A stretch of 64,000 nucleotides of DNA from Amoebophrya sp. A120 (GCA_905178155.1 CAJINV010000013.1:1740281-1804280); one strand, 5' to 3'. Positions 11,429-24,545 are shown, counted from the first letter of the stretch. The notes: generated by a model from the sequence alone, not told the origin. Program-made: numbers and translations.

Positions 11429-12041
11429 AGGTAACCTAGATCTACTACTAGATCGCGATAACCATACCGCACGGTAGAAGGGAAGGGAAGCTGCACCTGA
11501 AGATGAAAACGATGTTTCAGAGAACAAAGGACTGTCGGGCTATATTGCTTGATGTCAACCACAATGTGAAGAAGTACAGCAGAAAATGGTACTATTACAC
11601 ATCAAACTCCCACGAGGACAAGCTCATGCGACGGGACGAGCACCCTACGCGTACTAGAAAACACTGGCAGAGGCCGCATCTCTACGTCAAAGTAGTTTTT
11701 CTTTGTTCGACATCTCCCGTTGGCTATGACAAGGAGTCGGTTTTTATCAGCCATTCTAGCTACGAAGCGATGATCTCTTTCGGTTATTCCAGCAGCTCTG
11801 CCGCGGCATTACCCCCGAACAAATCGGTTTTGCTCCCTCATGCGGTGGTTCAGTCACAGTTTTCGCCACGGTCAGATCTTCCAACTACTGTTTCCTTTAT
11901 CGGAAGCAAACCGCAAAGGAGCCCCAAGCAGGAGTGATAAGCACGTAGTGAATAACAACATAACAGAATCCCAAGAGAGAATAAGAGTTTTCTAAAAGAT
12001 CCTAGCAAGTCATTTAGAAAAAGCAGCTCCGTAACTTAACA

Positions 12042-12904
12042 ATGGCGAACGTTTTTCCACCGGTTGTGTCATCAATGTTCGACCCCAACGCGGCCGCCCC
12101 TGCTGCCCAAGCGGTTGCAAATGTACCCCTACAGGAGCTGCCAACTACGACGAATGTCTACGGTACCGCGCTGCAGTATGTTCAAATGTTGGCAGAAAGC
12201 CCAGGCGCATGCTGCACTGCCGCAGCGGTGACGGTGGTGGTGGCGCAGGCACTGGTGAACTTGTGGATCTGGTCCGTATGGACGTGGAGGTACGTATGTA
12301 AGCGGAATGAAAAATTGTGCTTCTACATGTTGACAGATCTCGTATCATTTAGCAAATTCTGCATCTTCCCAAATTCTACTTTCCCACACGCTCTCTAAAG
12401 TACTTCTATGCTTCGTGTTTTAAATAATTTTTCAGGTTTGCCCAACCTACTTCCTTTCGCGGTGGCGCCGCGGATTCCCTGCTGAAAGAGTTCGAGACCT
12501 ACGGGTACGGGCCAGACATGATGAAGTTTGTCGGTTTCGTGAAACTCGGCGCCGCCACACTTTTACCCCTGGCGGTTATGGACCCGGGCTGCGATTATTT
12601 GCTGTTTCTCTCCTCCGGGGTGTTGCTCTTCCTCATGGTCGTCGCGATTGTCTCGCACTTCAAAGTAAACGACCCGATCAGCCGGAACTTTCCCGCCGGC
12701 TGCATGGCGGTGCTCTCCCTGTACGCACTCGTCATGGGGCTGGAAAAAGGAAGCTCCTACGAGGCGTTTTCCTTTTGGCGGGTGCTGGTGGGCATCGTGC
12801 TGCTCGCCGCCGACGGCTACATGTGGTATGACGCAAAGTACAAGTCCAAGGCGTACGCGACTGTCCCGGCGAGCGACAACGTCTTTTTCAAAATGGTGGA
12901 GTGA
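12042..12904 (+). CDS. DoxX-family membrane protein, paralog 1 (exons 12042-12289, 12436-12904)
   Basis: Spliced WTWR-FAQPTSFRGGAADSLLKEFETYGY...VGFVKL...LMVVAIVSHFKVNDP resembles bacterial DoxX-like proteins. GT-AG intron 12290-12435 is in frame. Confidence 0.8.
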
Positions 12905-13813
12905 GACTAGTAAGCAGCCATGATATTTTTACATTGAAATCCGCTTATCCACAGAACGACGAGAGTTCAAAGAAAAAGAACAAGATTTGTGCAGTTGCGA
13001 AGAGGACATTATTTTCCCATCTGGCTTTCGTTGAGACTCTTTCACGGGTTTCTTCCTGCTGGAGTACTTGATAAAAGACCAATATGGTGCTAGCGACGAG
13101 CCAATGGTTATAAAATTGGCCTGTGCGACAACAGGACCAGCTTTTATTGAAACAAATTTGCCTCCACCACAGCACGAAAACTCGCTCGGAGGCGCAAGTT
13201 TGGTTTCACCACGAAATGATGCGAATAAGGAAGTCGAAATTCATCTGGTATATAGAGGAAGAAAAATCTTGCTAACGCAGCCCAACTCGAAATCGTAGAT
13301 ACACCCCTGATGATATCAAAACTTTTGTAGCCACCGTAGCTTGTTATCCGCAAGAGAATCAAATTTCGAGAGCCGCTCGCAGCTTTTGCGTTTCAGTAAT
13401 GCTAAATTGCGGCTTTGTTGTTGTTCGCTAGACAATTACATGGAAAAAGTACCTCATTCGCCAGAATCTCTGCGAGGCGAGAGTGAGATCGCAAGAGTAG
13501 GAGCGAGCTGTCTGCTTCGAGTCTTGCTGGTGAGGGAAAGAGGGAAGTCGGAATGAATCGATTGGGTAAGAAAGTGTTTCTGCTAGGGCTGTCGAAGAAA
13601 TTCGTATCCGTTGAATTTCGGTGCTCGTCGTAGGAACACGAATATCTACCACTCTTGTGACGTTGTCCCACACACCATTGTACGGTAGTCGTAGTCTAGC
13701 GAGAAATTATGAGAAATACGTGAAAGCTAGCATGGTAAAACCACTAATACCATCACCAATGTGACAAAGTTGTGAACATCATCAAAAGCGAAAATTATTA
13801 CCCCCAAGAACTG

Positions 13814-16800
13814 ATGCAGGGTATCACTATCAGCACCCGTCGAACGGCGCTGCTGCTCCTCCACGGCTGCGCGGTGGTGGTCCATGCGGTGTTGCAGGAG
13901 CAGTTTGTTGACGATAATGCGCAGCTGGATCACGAACAGAATCTACTTGCCGTTACGCCCGACGGCGGACTGGAGCTTCTCCTGGGGGAGTCGAGTTCTA
14001 CGGAACAACTGCGGAACGAACTCCACACGACCCGAGCGACGGAGTCCACCGATGAGCTTCCTCTAGAAGGGCAAGAGGGTAGCTACCACGAGGAAAGGGC
14101 GAGAGGTTCGCAGCCCCCCGACATCTTCACGGCACCGCCCAGCAACGAAGAATTGTCCATCGCGCACGAGTCCTTTCTCGAACAAGCAACGACGCAGGCA
14201 CGACAAGCGACGACCCATAATCAGGCACAGAGCCAAAACCAACAACAGCAGGAGAGTAAAGAGCAAATCTCCATCGGGCGAGAAAGTAAGGAGATGCACC
14301 AATTGGTAATGGAACAAGAGCAGCAGAAGAATAAAGTGTCAACGAAAGTAGAGCAGCAAACAAGGCTGCTGCACCTGGAGAAGCAAAAGCACCTCCAAAA
14401 GCAGAAGTGGATGTTCGACTGGCGATGGAATCGAGCAATCGAGAAGAGCATCCAAGGCAACGCGGAAAAGGCGAGGCGGAAATTGGAAAAGCTGGAAAAG
14501 GAAAGAAACAGGCCGAGTAGCGACCAACTGCTGCAGTTTCTGGAGCTAGACCAGGGGAATTTGACCAGCCTAGGTACGGTAAGGGGAATAAACTGTCGCA
14601 GTCTCAACTTGTAATTTGCGGAAAAATCTTCTTGACACTGTTTTTTTGTCATGCTTTGACAGGCAAGACAGGCACGTGATGTTTCCTCCTGCGTCTGCCG
14701 CATTTTCACATACAGATTAAGATTTTGTTTGTCACGCCGATCGAATTTCTTTGTGTTGCTGAGTCTGCAATAACGGTTCGAGACTGGTGGGACAGTTTTT
14801 TCCTGCGATAGATGCAGCTTTCGATCGGGAAATGGGCGAAGAAATGGCTGGGAGAAGTGGCGATCACGAGCAGAGCACTCTAGATTCGACGGCGCACGGA
14901 ACAAATCTTGTCGAAGCAAACAACAAGGAAAACAACGAGACGACGAGCTCTGCTTCTCCAGGACTACTAGCGCCAGCCTCTTCCGCTGACATCGTCGCGG
15001 ACTTTTCCGCTGTGGTCATGGGAAATCTGAAACCCTTTCTCCACGACGTGGTTCCGGCCGCGTTGGAAAAGTTCAAGAACCAGCGGAAAAAGTTGCAGAA
15101 ACTCGAGTCGAAGGTGAGCCGGGCTTTGAAAGCGCTTGAGGGACTGGATTTCAACGACCTGAACGAAGCGGAGTCCAAGTCGAATTTGCAAACCATGAAG
15201 ACAGCGGCCGCCATGATGACGAAAAAGTTGGTCGACGCCGCCAGCAAGGTCCGGGACTACTTGAAAAAGAAGATCAGAAACCTCCGGGAAGTTGTGGGCC
15301 GTAACTCGACTTCGGATCATGGTTCGGCGGGCGAAGAGCATCAAATTGTTTCGCCTGCTGTGGGGGAGGAGGGTCTTTCAAGCACAAATTTCCAAGTCGA
15401 TGACGAAGTGGTTTTTAAAGCGGACTTGAAAGAAGATGACGATGGTAACAGCAGCGTTCCCGGACGAGGAAAAAGTAGCGTCGAAAAATCCAAGACGTTT
15501 CATCCCGGCGGCACTGTGTCCTCGGACACGACAACATCTTCGACCAAAAATCAGTGCAGCGACCGGTTCTTGCGAATTTGGAAAATTTCACGCGTAAACG
15601 AGGAGCAGCACACCGTGGATCTGCGGTCCACCGGTGGAATCATAATGAGGCTGGGCGACTCGACGTCGCCGGAAAGAGCGGTTGAGGATGAATATGTCAA
15701 CTACATCGAAAGAAGCGTGAACACCACGCAGTTGATTCAAAAGCACCTTGTGCAGCAAGAGCAGCAAACCCTACCGATCCGGGTCCAGGGCTTGGCCGAA
15801 GCGGCCGGCGTTGCGTTCGACCACCCCAGCGCGACACTCTGGAACCACGTCTCGAAACTGGTGCCGCGGTTCGACAACGGGCAGACTCTCCTGAAGGAGA
15901 ACGACGAGGTCGTTGGGTTGTTTTTCGGCGACGGCAGCAATACTGACAAGAGCAACAAAGTCCTATGCACTGCAAAAGTATCGTATTCGTATAAATGCAT
16001 ATACAAATTTGAGAAATAAAATTTGTGATGCGGATTTACCTTAAGAAAAAGATTTGTAATGCATGACTGCAATACGAGTGCGATACTTTTGCACAGGATA
16101 AGTCCACTCGCTGGACGATGATGACGAGTATTCCTCGTGGCTTATTCTAAGTGAAAAACGTCCCCACCCCAGAGTTTTCATGCAAATCTGCATGCCAAAA
16201 AAGTTTCTCATGCGGAGCGCCACGAGGGGCGTTTTCTTGTCGTGTTTTGGAATTTGTGATGCTATAATCAGCATGATATACTAGATTTGTGATGCTGCTG
16301 AACTGCCTAAAGAGGATGACACATCGAGGACAAACTTGTCATGCCCAACGACCAAAGCTGGCTGATTTGTCTAGCGGATTTCCCATCTTGACTCTGGTGT
16401 GGGGACGTTTTTACAAATGATATGGCTCGCGAACGACGTCGGAAGCCTGAAGATGGCGGAGGTGCTCGACCTGGTCCGGGCCAAGAATTTTTCCGGCATC
16501 AAGATCCGACGGAAAAACTCCCCGGTGGAGAAGAATGGTGGTGGTGGCAAAGAAGGTGCTGGCGCGTCGAGCAGTCCCGGTCCGGAGTTGATGCAGAAGG
16601 ACCCAGAAGTGGAGGAGAAGTTGGTGTTTTTCCGCGACCTAATTTCCCGGAAAATCTACTCTTCGCTCCGCAGTAGGACGTCGACCACGGGCGGCGCGGC
16701 TGAGCCTGATGTTCACGCCTCGGGCGGCGACGGTGCAAAAGTTGCCGTTGAGACGGAAGTGAATCTGAATCTGCAGGCGGTGGGTATCTTGTTCGGCGTG

Positions 16801-18474
16801 GAGGTTTGGAAAACGGAAAAGCAAAAAGCGAAAGCCTCTTCTCCAAGAACATCCTCTAAGCGCACTACCTTCACGGTTCGCGGCCAGACCATCCCGATTG
16901 CGATTGGAGCGAGAAAAGCGCGGACGGCGGGAGCTGCGGAGAAAGAGCAAGAAGCGGTTGTTTCCACAACTGGGCTGTCCGTCTGCAGCAGCACGTCTCA
17001 GTTCGTTCCACGGGGTTCGAGACTCCTGTCCGTGACGGACGGGCGTAACGAAACGCACGATGCGAAAGCAGTGGAGGAGAAGATCCAGCGGTATTTGTCG
17101 GCGGCAGCTAGGAAAAGAACCAAATTCGAGAAAATTTTTAAGAGCAAAGCAGCGGGGGATGATATGAAAAACAAAAACGTCGAAAGTGCAGGAGCGCACG
17201 ACAAGGCACCAGGAGGCGGTAGTGCTGCGGAAGATGGAAATAAAGTGAAATCCTTCTACTATGATGTGGGGGAGGTTTTGCCGCATGTGATGCCTGCGCC
17301 GCTCTTGTTGAATTTTGAGACGGTCCGCTACACGTACCCGGGGGAACTTGAGGAGCTGATGGAGGAAGAGGACGGCGATGAAGCCGCGCAAGAGCAAGTA
17401 CCTAGTAGTTCCGCGAAAGACGACCAGCAGAAGTTTCTCACTATGGCAGACCAAGCGATGAAAAGCTATTTCAGCATGGAGGACCTGCTCGACTCCGCAC
17501 ACACACTGGACGAGGGTGGGGAACAAGCGAGCCAAGCGGTTGTGCCCCTACAACCGGGGAACAACAGTTTGTCAACATCTTCCCACACCCCTACTTCTGC
17601 CTCCCCAGCACCCGCGGCATTCATGGAGCTCGTGCATCGTGCGCGCAGCCGCCGGGCCATGATCAGTCAACGGAGTAAAGCAAGAGCAAAGAAGCAACCT
17701 AAGTACCGTGAGCTGGCGGACACCAGCACGAGCGACAACTTTTATCACTGGTTGAAGGAGATTCCGCTGCGGTTATTCGGAATGATCACAACCGATCCGG
17801 CAGTCAAGATACAGGCCGGAGACGGTTCAAGCCAGCTGCAGGTGCAGGCAGCCTATGTTGGGGCGGATTGGTTTTTGTGGATGGTGCTCATCTTCTTTTT
17901 ATTGGGTTTCCTTATTTTCCCGCAATTCTGGGCTGGGCTTCCATTGTTCGGTAGCATCCTCGGCAAGATGGGCCTTGCTCACTCTGCTGGTTTGAGCGGA
18001 TACCTGCCTTTCTGGGGGAAATTTCTAATCACTATCTTTGGAGATCTTTTTGGCCTGGTGAATTGCATGGGGTGCTGTTGGTCCTGGTGGACCCTGTGTG
18101 GCAGAACAACTTCGTACAAGGACTTGAATTGGCAAGGAGACGACAAGCCATTAGCAACCACGTCCGTGGAGTCGCGCGTCTGGGAGCGGGTACGCAACGG
18201 CTTTGGATTCGGAGGTTTGGGGTTGATGGGTTCCACTTACCTACTCTGGGTGAAAACGTCGTCAAGCCATAATCTGATGTCAGGTTTTAGTTTTTATCAC
18301 TACAACAAGTTATTCAGCAAGTTGTGCATCACAAATTTTCTTGGGCTCGTAATTTGTAAGCATGGTCCGCTAAGAGGTATGAACAAGACCGCAAGTCGTG
18401 ACAAAGCGAGTGGCCGTGTTCTTTTGCGCTCTGCAGGGGTCGTTTTTGAGCTGAGGGAGGACCAAGCGCATTAG
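13814..18474 (+). CDS. Large multi-exon secreted/membrane protein of unknown function
   Basis: Signal peptide MQGITISTRRTALLLLHGCAVVVHA. ORFs 13772, 14787 and 16399 join via GT-AG introns (~14574-14811 and 15978-16374, the latter phase 0). Coiled coils and C-terminal TM cluster. 3' end uncertain; a further exon may lie at ~19260-19430. Confidence 0.65.
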
Positions 18475-18692
18475 GAAAGAACTTAGTCCAAAAGCAAAAG
18501 TTTTGTTCCTGGCGGTACTAATGCAGTGCACTTCTATAATGAAAATGAGAATGAGAAGATGCAGAAGGAAAAGTATGCGGGCATCGGGACGGCGTTTTTA
18601 CACAGGATGGTGCTACACCGGCGGCAAAGACGGGCTGTACGATGCTCCCGAGGACGACTACTAGTAGTAATTTACGAGGACTAGTAGTGCAT

Positions 18693-18994
18693 ATCCTGAG
18701 AAAAAACATTGAGATACCCAGCCCAACGTCAAGGTGGGAACTTCGCAAGGCATGTCTGGACCTTTTAGCAGGACTCTCGTATGACAAGTTTGGATAAGTA
18801 TGTAGCGCAGGAGTGCATGGCTAGCGGTCCGGCCGCATCACGAACCCACTCGTATATTCTCACTAAAGGATGACAAATTTCCAAATCCGACTAGAATAAT
18901 GCTTTCGATGATAGGGAGCGGCACATTAGGCGTTCCTTCTAGGCATACAAATACGCATGAAAAATTGGGAGGTGGGTACATTTTTTCTCAGGAT
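18693..18994. repeat. ~300-bp segment bounded by a perfect 14-bp inverted repeat
   Basis: ATCCTGAGAAAAAA (18693-18706) and TTTTTTCTCAGGAT (18981-18994), with ACTAGT outside both arms. Confidence 0.6.
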
Positions 18995-20011
18995 GGGTAC
19001 GGAACTCCGACTAGTGTATCTGTATTCATAGCAAATATATCTTGGTCTTGAGCTGGACGAACAATTTTGCGGAGGTTTCTTTAGGTTTGTTTTCCCGCAT
19101 GACCCAGAAGGTTGTGAATGCGAACCGTAGCTGCATCACAAGTTTTGAGAAAGCCCTGGCATGCCTGTCCTGCGTGAGAAATGTCGTCTCCACTGTCCAC
19201 CCAAAGTAGCGAGTATCTCGTCATGCAGTACAGATTTTTGTTATTGTTTCCTCAGCCAGAGGACGTCGCGTGCGCGTCACAAACTCGAACGAGCTTGGAA
19301 ACCCAGATCGATATTTGCCATGCATAATCTACGTCGAGCCACGACCTTCCGGTGGGATCGATCACACACTAACTGGTTTCCGGTGAAGGACTACCTGCGG
19401 AAGATTCGAAGAGATAACAACGGAAGGTGATACTACTGCTATCGCCTACTGACAACTCGAAAATCAAAATAATGAAAACATAAACAGATGTAGAGTCAGA
19501 TACCGATTTTGATTCGATAAGTCACTACTTTCTAGAAGAGGGCGCACTGTTCTTCAGTGAGTATCTTCCACGAGGGCTGCGGAAGAGAAATAACTGAACA
19601 GATGATGGCAGTGATTTCTTTGCATCGTCGCGCAAGTCCGCTTGTTCATGTGGGAGGACTGTAGATACATAGGATTTTTGCACATCTGAGTAGATCATGA
19701 TCGTTGTCAGCAAAAATCTAAAGTCGTAATTTCAATTTTGTTTCTAGCTCATCTACAGTGCTGCATCTCATTCGCAAGGCGCAATCTGTCGGGCTCTACA
19801 ACTCGACCGTACTAGCACCTGCGAATGAACTAGAAAAAGAAAACTTTTGTTTCAGGAGGGTCGCGGCACCTACAAATGCACCGTACGAGATCCTGATGTA
19901 GTCATCGTCTTCGGTGGTTTCTTTTTATGTCGTGCGTACCGTGTTTGTTCTTTGATCGTCGAGCTGGTTCGTCGTCGATTGGTGACGCGACTGCTTGGCT
20001 TGCTGACCAAG

Positions 20012-22165
20012 ATGGACGGTGCAGCGAATACGATCGAAAATGGCCCAGTGAAAGAAGAAAAAGCAGTAGCTCACGAACCACACGTCACAAGAACGTCTCC
20101 GTGGTCCTCAGACGGCGGCCTGGCCGTGGTGCGCGTGAAACCCCTTGCCGCGGAGGAGGGAGGCGCGGCGTCTTTGGCCGCGGCGCAGCAGCAGGGCAAA
20201 GGAAACCACAAAGAGCTGCGCACTGCTGGCACCTCTCCTGCAGCGCGGCCTGTTGGCGCCGGCACTGCGACCGGAGTTGTGAGTGAAGAGCATGAAGATC
20301 GTGGCAGCGATGTCAAGGCTGATGACGTCGCGGCCCCTGCTAGTTTTCTTGTCGATGCGGAAGAACTACAGAGGCAACAAGATGTTTCCTCGTCTCTCAC
20401 CGTCCACGGTCGCACATTTGACTATCCGCAGTTTGTCTTCCAGGGCACCAGTGCGACGCAGCAAGTTGTGTACGAGCAGTTCATGCCGCGGCGAATCGAG
20501 GATTTCTTCTACCGAGGAAAAAACTGCAACATTATCGCGTACGGGCAGACCGGCAGCGGCAAAACGCACACCATGTTCGGCCCGCCCGGGATGATGGGCA
20601 AAGCGGGAAAAGCAGATTTCGACCTAACCGGGTTTCTCACACCACCAGCAAGTTCGCCCGCTAGGGAGACAACAAAAAACAACAAAACTACACCAGCATT
20701 GCACAACAATCTCGGGCCCGAGCAGCAGAATTTGTGGCTGTGCCCGCGCGGGATTCTGGAAATTTTCCGCCTCGTGCAGCAGGAAAAGCGAGGTCGGAAA
20801 CTGGTTCTCACCGGATCCGCTGTGGAGCTGACGGCAATGGACGGCAATTTGGATTTGCTACTGAAACAAAAGCGCAAAGCCGCGGACGGAGCCATGTTCG
20901 GACGGTTTACCGGGGCGAGCGGCGTCTCGCTGGACCGGACCTGCAGGCCGAGCCGACTGTGCGGCATGACGCAGATTTTTCTGGATACGCTCGACGACAT
21001 AAAAGTGCTGTTCAGCGCGATCAGTACGCGCAACACTTCCGCGACGGGGTTGAACAGCACGTCCTCACGGAGTCACTGTTTCGTCTTTTTGTGGTTGTAC
21101 GAACTGGTTGATGAAATAAATCAAAATGGAAGTTGTAGAACTGCGCAGACAAGCTCGGTATCAACATCGTCGTCCACAGGTAGTACAACGACAAAACCTT
21201 TTCTAGCCTCCTCCCGCTTCCAGTTTGTCGACCTGGCCGGCTCGGAGCGACTGGAAGAAGCCCACGACGGCAATGCGAACTGGCGGACCGGGGTGGCGGG
21301 CGTGATCGAGGGCTGGTTAACAAATTACAGTCTGATGATGCTGTCCTCCTGCGTGCGGGAGTTGGCGCAGACGAAGCCGGAAAAGCGGAAAAATTTTTCG
21401 CTAAGGCTGTTCATGGTGGACGTGGTGTTTCTCTTGGAGGAATCCTCGCTCAATTCCGACCCCAACTCGGAATCGAAAACGCTGATGATTGTCTGCATGT
21501 CCGCGGCGGAGAAAAATTCGCAGCAGTCCCGGTTCGCGCTGGAGTTTGGCGAGACCTTCGCGAGTCTCAGCTTGAGGAAAAACCGAGTGGGGGACCACGG
21601 GGCATCGTCGTCACGTCTGGAAGAAGACGGAACTTTATTTGTAAACGAGGCAATCCAAAAAGCGGAGGTTCTCGAGGTGGTGCGGAAAAAGCACTTGAAG
21701 ATTTTTGAAGAAAACAAAGCGAACCTCCCGGTGCTGGAAGACGGGATTTTCGCTGGGAAAAAGCACAATCGATACGTCATGGTGCGTGCGGCGCTGGCAA
21801 AGGACGCGAAATTTATGCTAGAAGTGATCGACAGGATCACCACGGGCGGTGGTGGTGGTGAGGCGGCTGGTGCTGCGAGCAGCAGCGGCGCAGGAAATAC
21901 AAGCGGTAGTTTGAATGGAATCACGGTGAAGAATGCAGGTTCTGCAGCAAGTAATGAATGCGTTGCAGAGCAAGCGTTGTCGTCCAAACACATCATGGAA
22001 AGCGAAGCTGAAATGTCCAAAAACGTAGAAAACTCGTCATCAATTATAGCTGTGCCGTCTTATGCGCAAGCAGAAGCAAGAGATCAATGGACACAGAGAG
22101 AAATGTCATATTTCTTCAGCAAAGTTTCTCCCGAGCTACACGTGTTCGCATCGATTTTAGTATGA
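20012..22165 (+). CDS. Divergent kinesin motor-domain protein
   Basis: VVRVKP, P-loop IAYGQTGSGKTHTM, switch I NSTSSRSH, switch II FVDLAGSE, KTLMIVCMS. Confidence 0.92.
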   Translation: MDGAANTIENGPVKEEKAVAHEPHVTRTSPWSSDGGLAVVRVKPLAAEEGGAASLAAAQQQGKGNHKELRTAGTSPAARPVGAGTATGVVSEEHEDRGSDVKADDVAAPASFLVDAEELQRQQDVSSSLTVHGRTFDYPQFVFQGTSATQQVVYEQFMPRRIEDFFYRGKNCNIIAYGQTGSGKTHTMFGPPGMMGKAGKADFDLTGFLTPPASSPARETTKNNKTTPALHNNLGPEQQNLWLCPRGILEIFRLVQQEKRGRKLVLTGSAVELTAMDGNLDLLLKQKRKAADGAMFGRFTGASGVSLDRTCRPSRLCGMTQIFLDTLDDIKVLFSAISTRNTSATGLNSTSSRSHCFVFLWLYELVDEINQNGSCRTAQTSSVSTSSSTGSTTTKPFLASSRFQFVDLAGSERLEEAHDGNANWRTGVAGVIEGWLTNYSLMMLSSCVRELAQTKPEKRKNFSLRLFMVDVVFLLEESSLNSDPNSESKTLMIVCMSAAEKNSQQSRFALEFGETFASLSLRKNRVGDHGASSSRLEEDGTLFVNEAIQKAEVLEVVRKKHLKIFEENKANLPVLEDGIFAGKKHNRYVMVRAALAKDAKFMLEVIDRITTGGGGGEAAGAASSSGAGNTSGSLNGITVKNAGSAASNECVAEQALSSKHIMESEAEMSKNVENSSSIIAVPSYAQAEARDQWTQREMSYFFSKVSPELHVFASILV

Positions 22166-22667
22166 CAAAGCAAGAATAAAGGAAAAGCAACGAGGACGTT
22201 GCTCTTGAAAGAAGTCCTGCCTAAACGTACTCGACAGGAGGTCATTTTCTGTGAGGACTTTATCTGTGATTCGGTTTTGAAGATGGAAAGCGGTTTTGAA
22301 AAAAGTGTGAGCCAGATGAATAATCCTCTAGCAGTTGTCCTCAGAGAGGCCTTGCCCCAGTGATTTTTGAGAGAGCGGTCCGAACATTAGACAGGGTGTG
22401 GCAGTGAGGATCAGATCTGAATTTATCGAACAGGTCCTAAAAAAATAGTTGTCATTTACGTACTTATGCACTACAGTCAGCCTTTCTCCTCCTGTTCCGA
22501 AAGGTAGCGCTAGCGCTGTTCACATCAAGGATAGAAACAACCACGCAAGTCGCAACGAAAGGTTTAATATGGTTTACCCTGATGTTCTAGTGCAGTTGGC
22601 GTCTATGCAATTTCATCAGTAGACAGAGCACTCTACGTAATAAAACGGAACAACTACGCAAAGCAAG

Positions 22668-23258
22668 ATGTTTGGTCTGGTCGCGCCCTTCGCGATTCTG
22701 CTTCAAGCTGCCACGACGCTGTGGATTTGGAGCGTGTGGACCTGGCGGTACGCGCTGAAGACCGCGTTCAAGCCGGCCGGGTGTTCCAACCGCGTAGCGG
22801 AGTTCAAGACCTACGGCTTCCCCTCCTGGATGCTCGGCGTGATCGGGTTCTTCGAGCTGTTCTTCGCGACGCTGCTGACGATTGGAATCATGCTCCCGAA
22901 GTGCATGTTTCTCGTCACGGGTTCCCTCGGGCTGATGATCCTGATGACCGGCGCGGTGGCGGCGCATGCGAAAGTGAGGGACCCCTTCGTGAAGTACTGC
23001 GCCGCGCTCGGGATCGGGATCGCGGCGGTCATCGTCTTTGCGTACAGCGTGGTCTATTTTCTGCGGTCCAGCACGAACGACTACGAGACGATAAACGATT
23101 TGATACCGAAAAGCTTCGACGATTTTTTCGTCTTGCTCGAGTCGGTGTTTCTCTACGGGACGTGCGCGCCGGACGGAACGGAACTAGGAGCGGGCGATTG
23201 CGTGTCCGAGATGTTTTCGAAACAAGGGCTGGAGAGTTTCAACGCGTTTCTACTACCG
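22668..23258 (+). CDS. DoxX-family membrane protein, paralog 2, exon 1
   Basis: Shares LWIWSVWTWR, EFxTYG, GF, LM--A---H-KV-DP with paralog 1. Homology breaks at CCG|GTGACA (phase-0 donor at 23259). Confidence 0.8.
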
Positions 23259-23430
23259 GTGACATGCCTGCTGCCGATATGGAGTGGGTTGCAGTAATCA
23301 TGGTTTTGAGTCAGAATCGGAACTTTACGATTTATTTTGTTAAGACTGCTTTTTGCATGCGAAGTGGATTCGACATGACGGTGAGGCACAAAATCTAGCT
23401 GTTTTTGCATGTTTTTTTCAAAAATCAGCT

Positions 23431-24530
23431 CTCGCAAATTTTCAAAAATCAAGGCTGTAGGTATTTTTTACTCAGCCGCCAGGGCCAGCAGCACGGCCGT
23501 GGGAAGGACAGGAAACGACCCATCAATTGTTGACTGCAGTTTGAACCCGCGGCGCAAAAGTTATTTTGTCCGATTTTCAGGGTGAGGCGGAGGTCTCGCC
23601 AATTTTGATTTTCGAAATTTCGCCAGAAATGATGTCCGGGTTTCGCGAAGTTTCTATCGCCGTGGGAGGGTATCATGCGTCCAACCGGCACAGGCGAGCA
23701 GCTCCGTCGGGAAAACGCAGCTTGCGCATCTTTTTGCCCGGAGTCGCATTCCTCAGGTCTCGCAAATTTTTCAAAAATACTGAAAAGATTGTTTTCCTCA
23801 CTGCGAAGCAAGGTCGTTGCGGCTGTCGGCAAAAGAGGCTGCTGATGCCTCGATGAACGGAAAATCGTGGTCGGGGCTCGTTTAGCTGTCTGGGGACAGA
23901 GGAAGGCGCTCGTTAATTTTTTTATTTTGAACCAAAAGGGATTTTTTTCACAGCGCAAATTGATGAGGCAGCTCCTTTCCAACCAGTCAACGCGGAAGCG
24001 GTTCTCAAGCTGTGTCAGACGTGCTACCGGGAAAGGCGAAGTCTCACAAATTTTTTCGAATCCACGCAAAGTTGTCGCAGGGGATGACGGATTCCGGCGT
24101 TAAGAAAGCAGCACACAGAAAAGCACGGGTGGCATACAGGCGAATCACCAACGCGAAATGGGCCTCAAGAAGTTTTTTTCCGTGTCTCAGCAGCCCACCA
24201 CGCTCGCAAATTTTTTCGCACAATGCAAAAAATGTTTCTATACTAAGCGGTCAAAAAGGGTAGCGGGCCGTAGTTCGGCTAGAAAACGTGTCCGCTGGAG
24301 TTGTATGCGAACTCGAGGAAGGGGGGGCTCGCAAATTTTCTAAAATTGATCTGAGACTATTTTTGTACTTGGCGATAAAGGTGTGATACTAGTTGTAGAT
24401 GGTCGACCCATCATCCATCACCACGCGTGGCGAGGGTGACGGCTCCACACGATCCGGTCTCGAACGCGACACGGCAGAAAAACTCGCTTTGCCGATTTGT
24501 CGCCCTGGGGCGACTCTCGCGAATTTTGTG
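23431..24530. repeat. Dispersed CTCGC(A/G)AATTTT motif at ~125-190-bp spacing
   Basis: Copies at ~23431, 23595, 23759, 23909, 24043, 24203, 24328, 24516 (some degenerate). Confidence 0.65.
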
Positions 24531-24545
24531 AAATATCGTTTTTAA

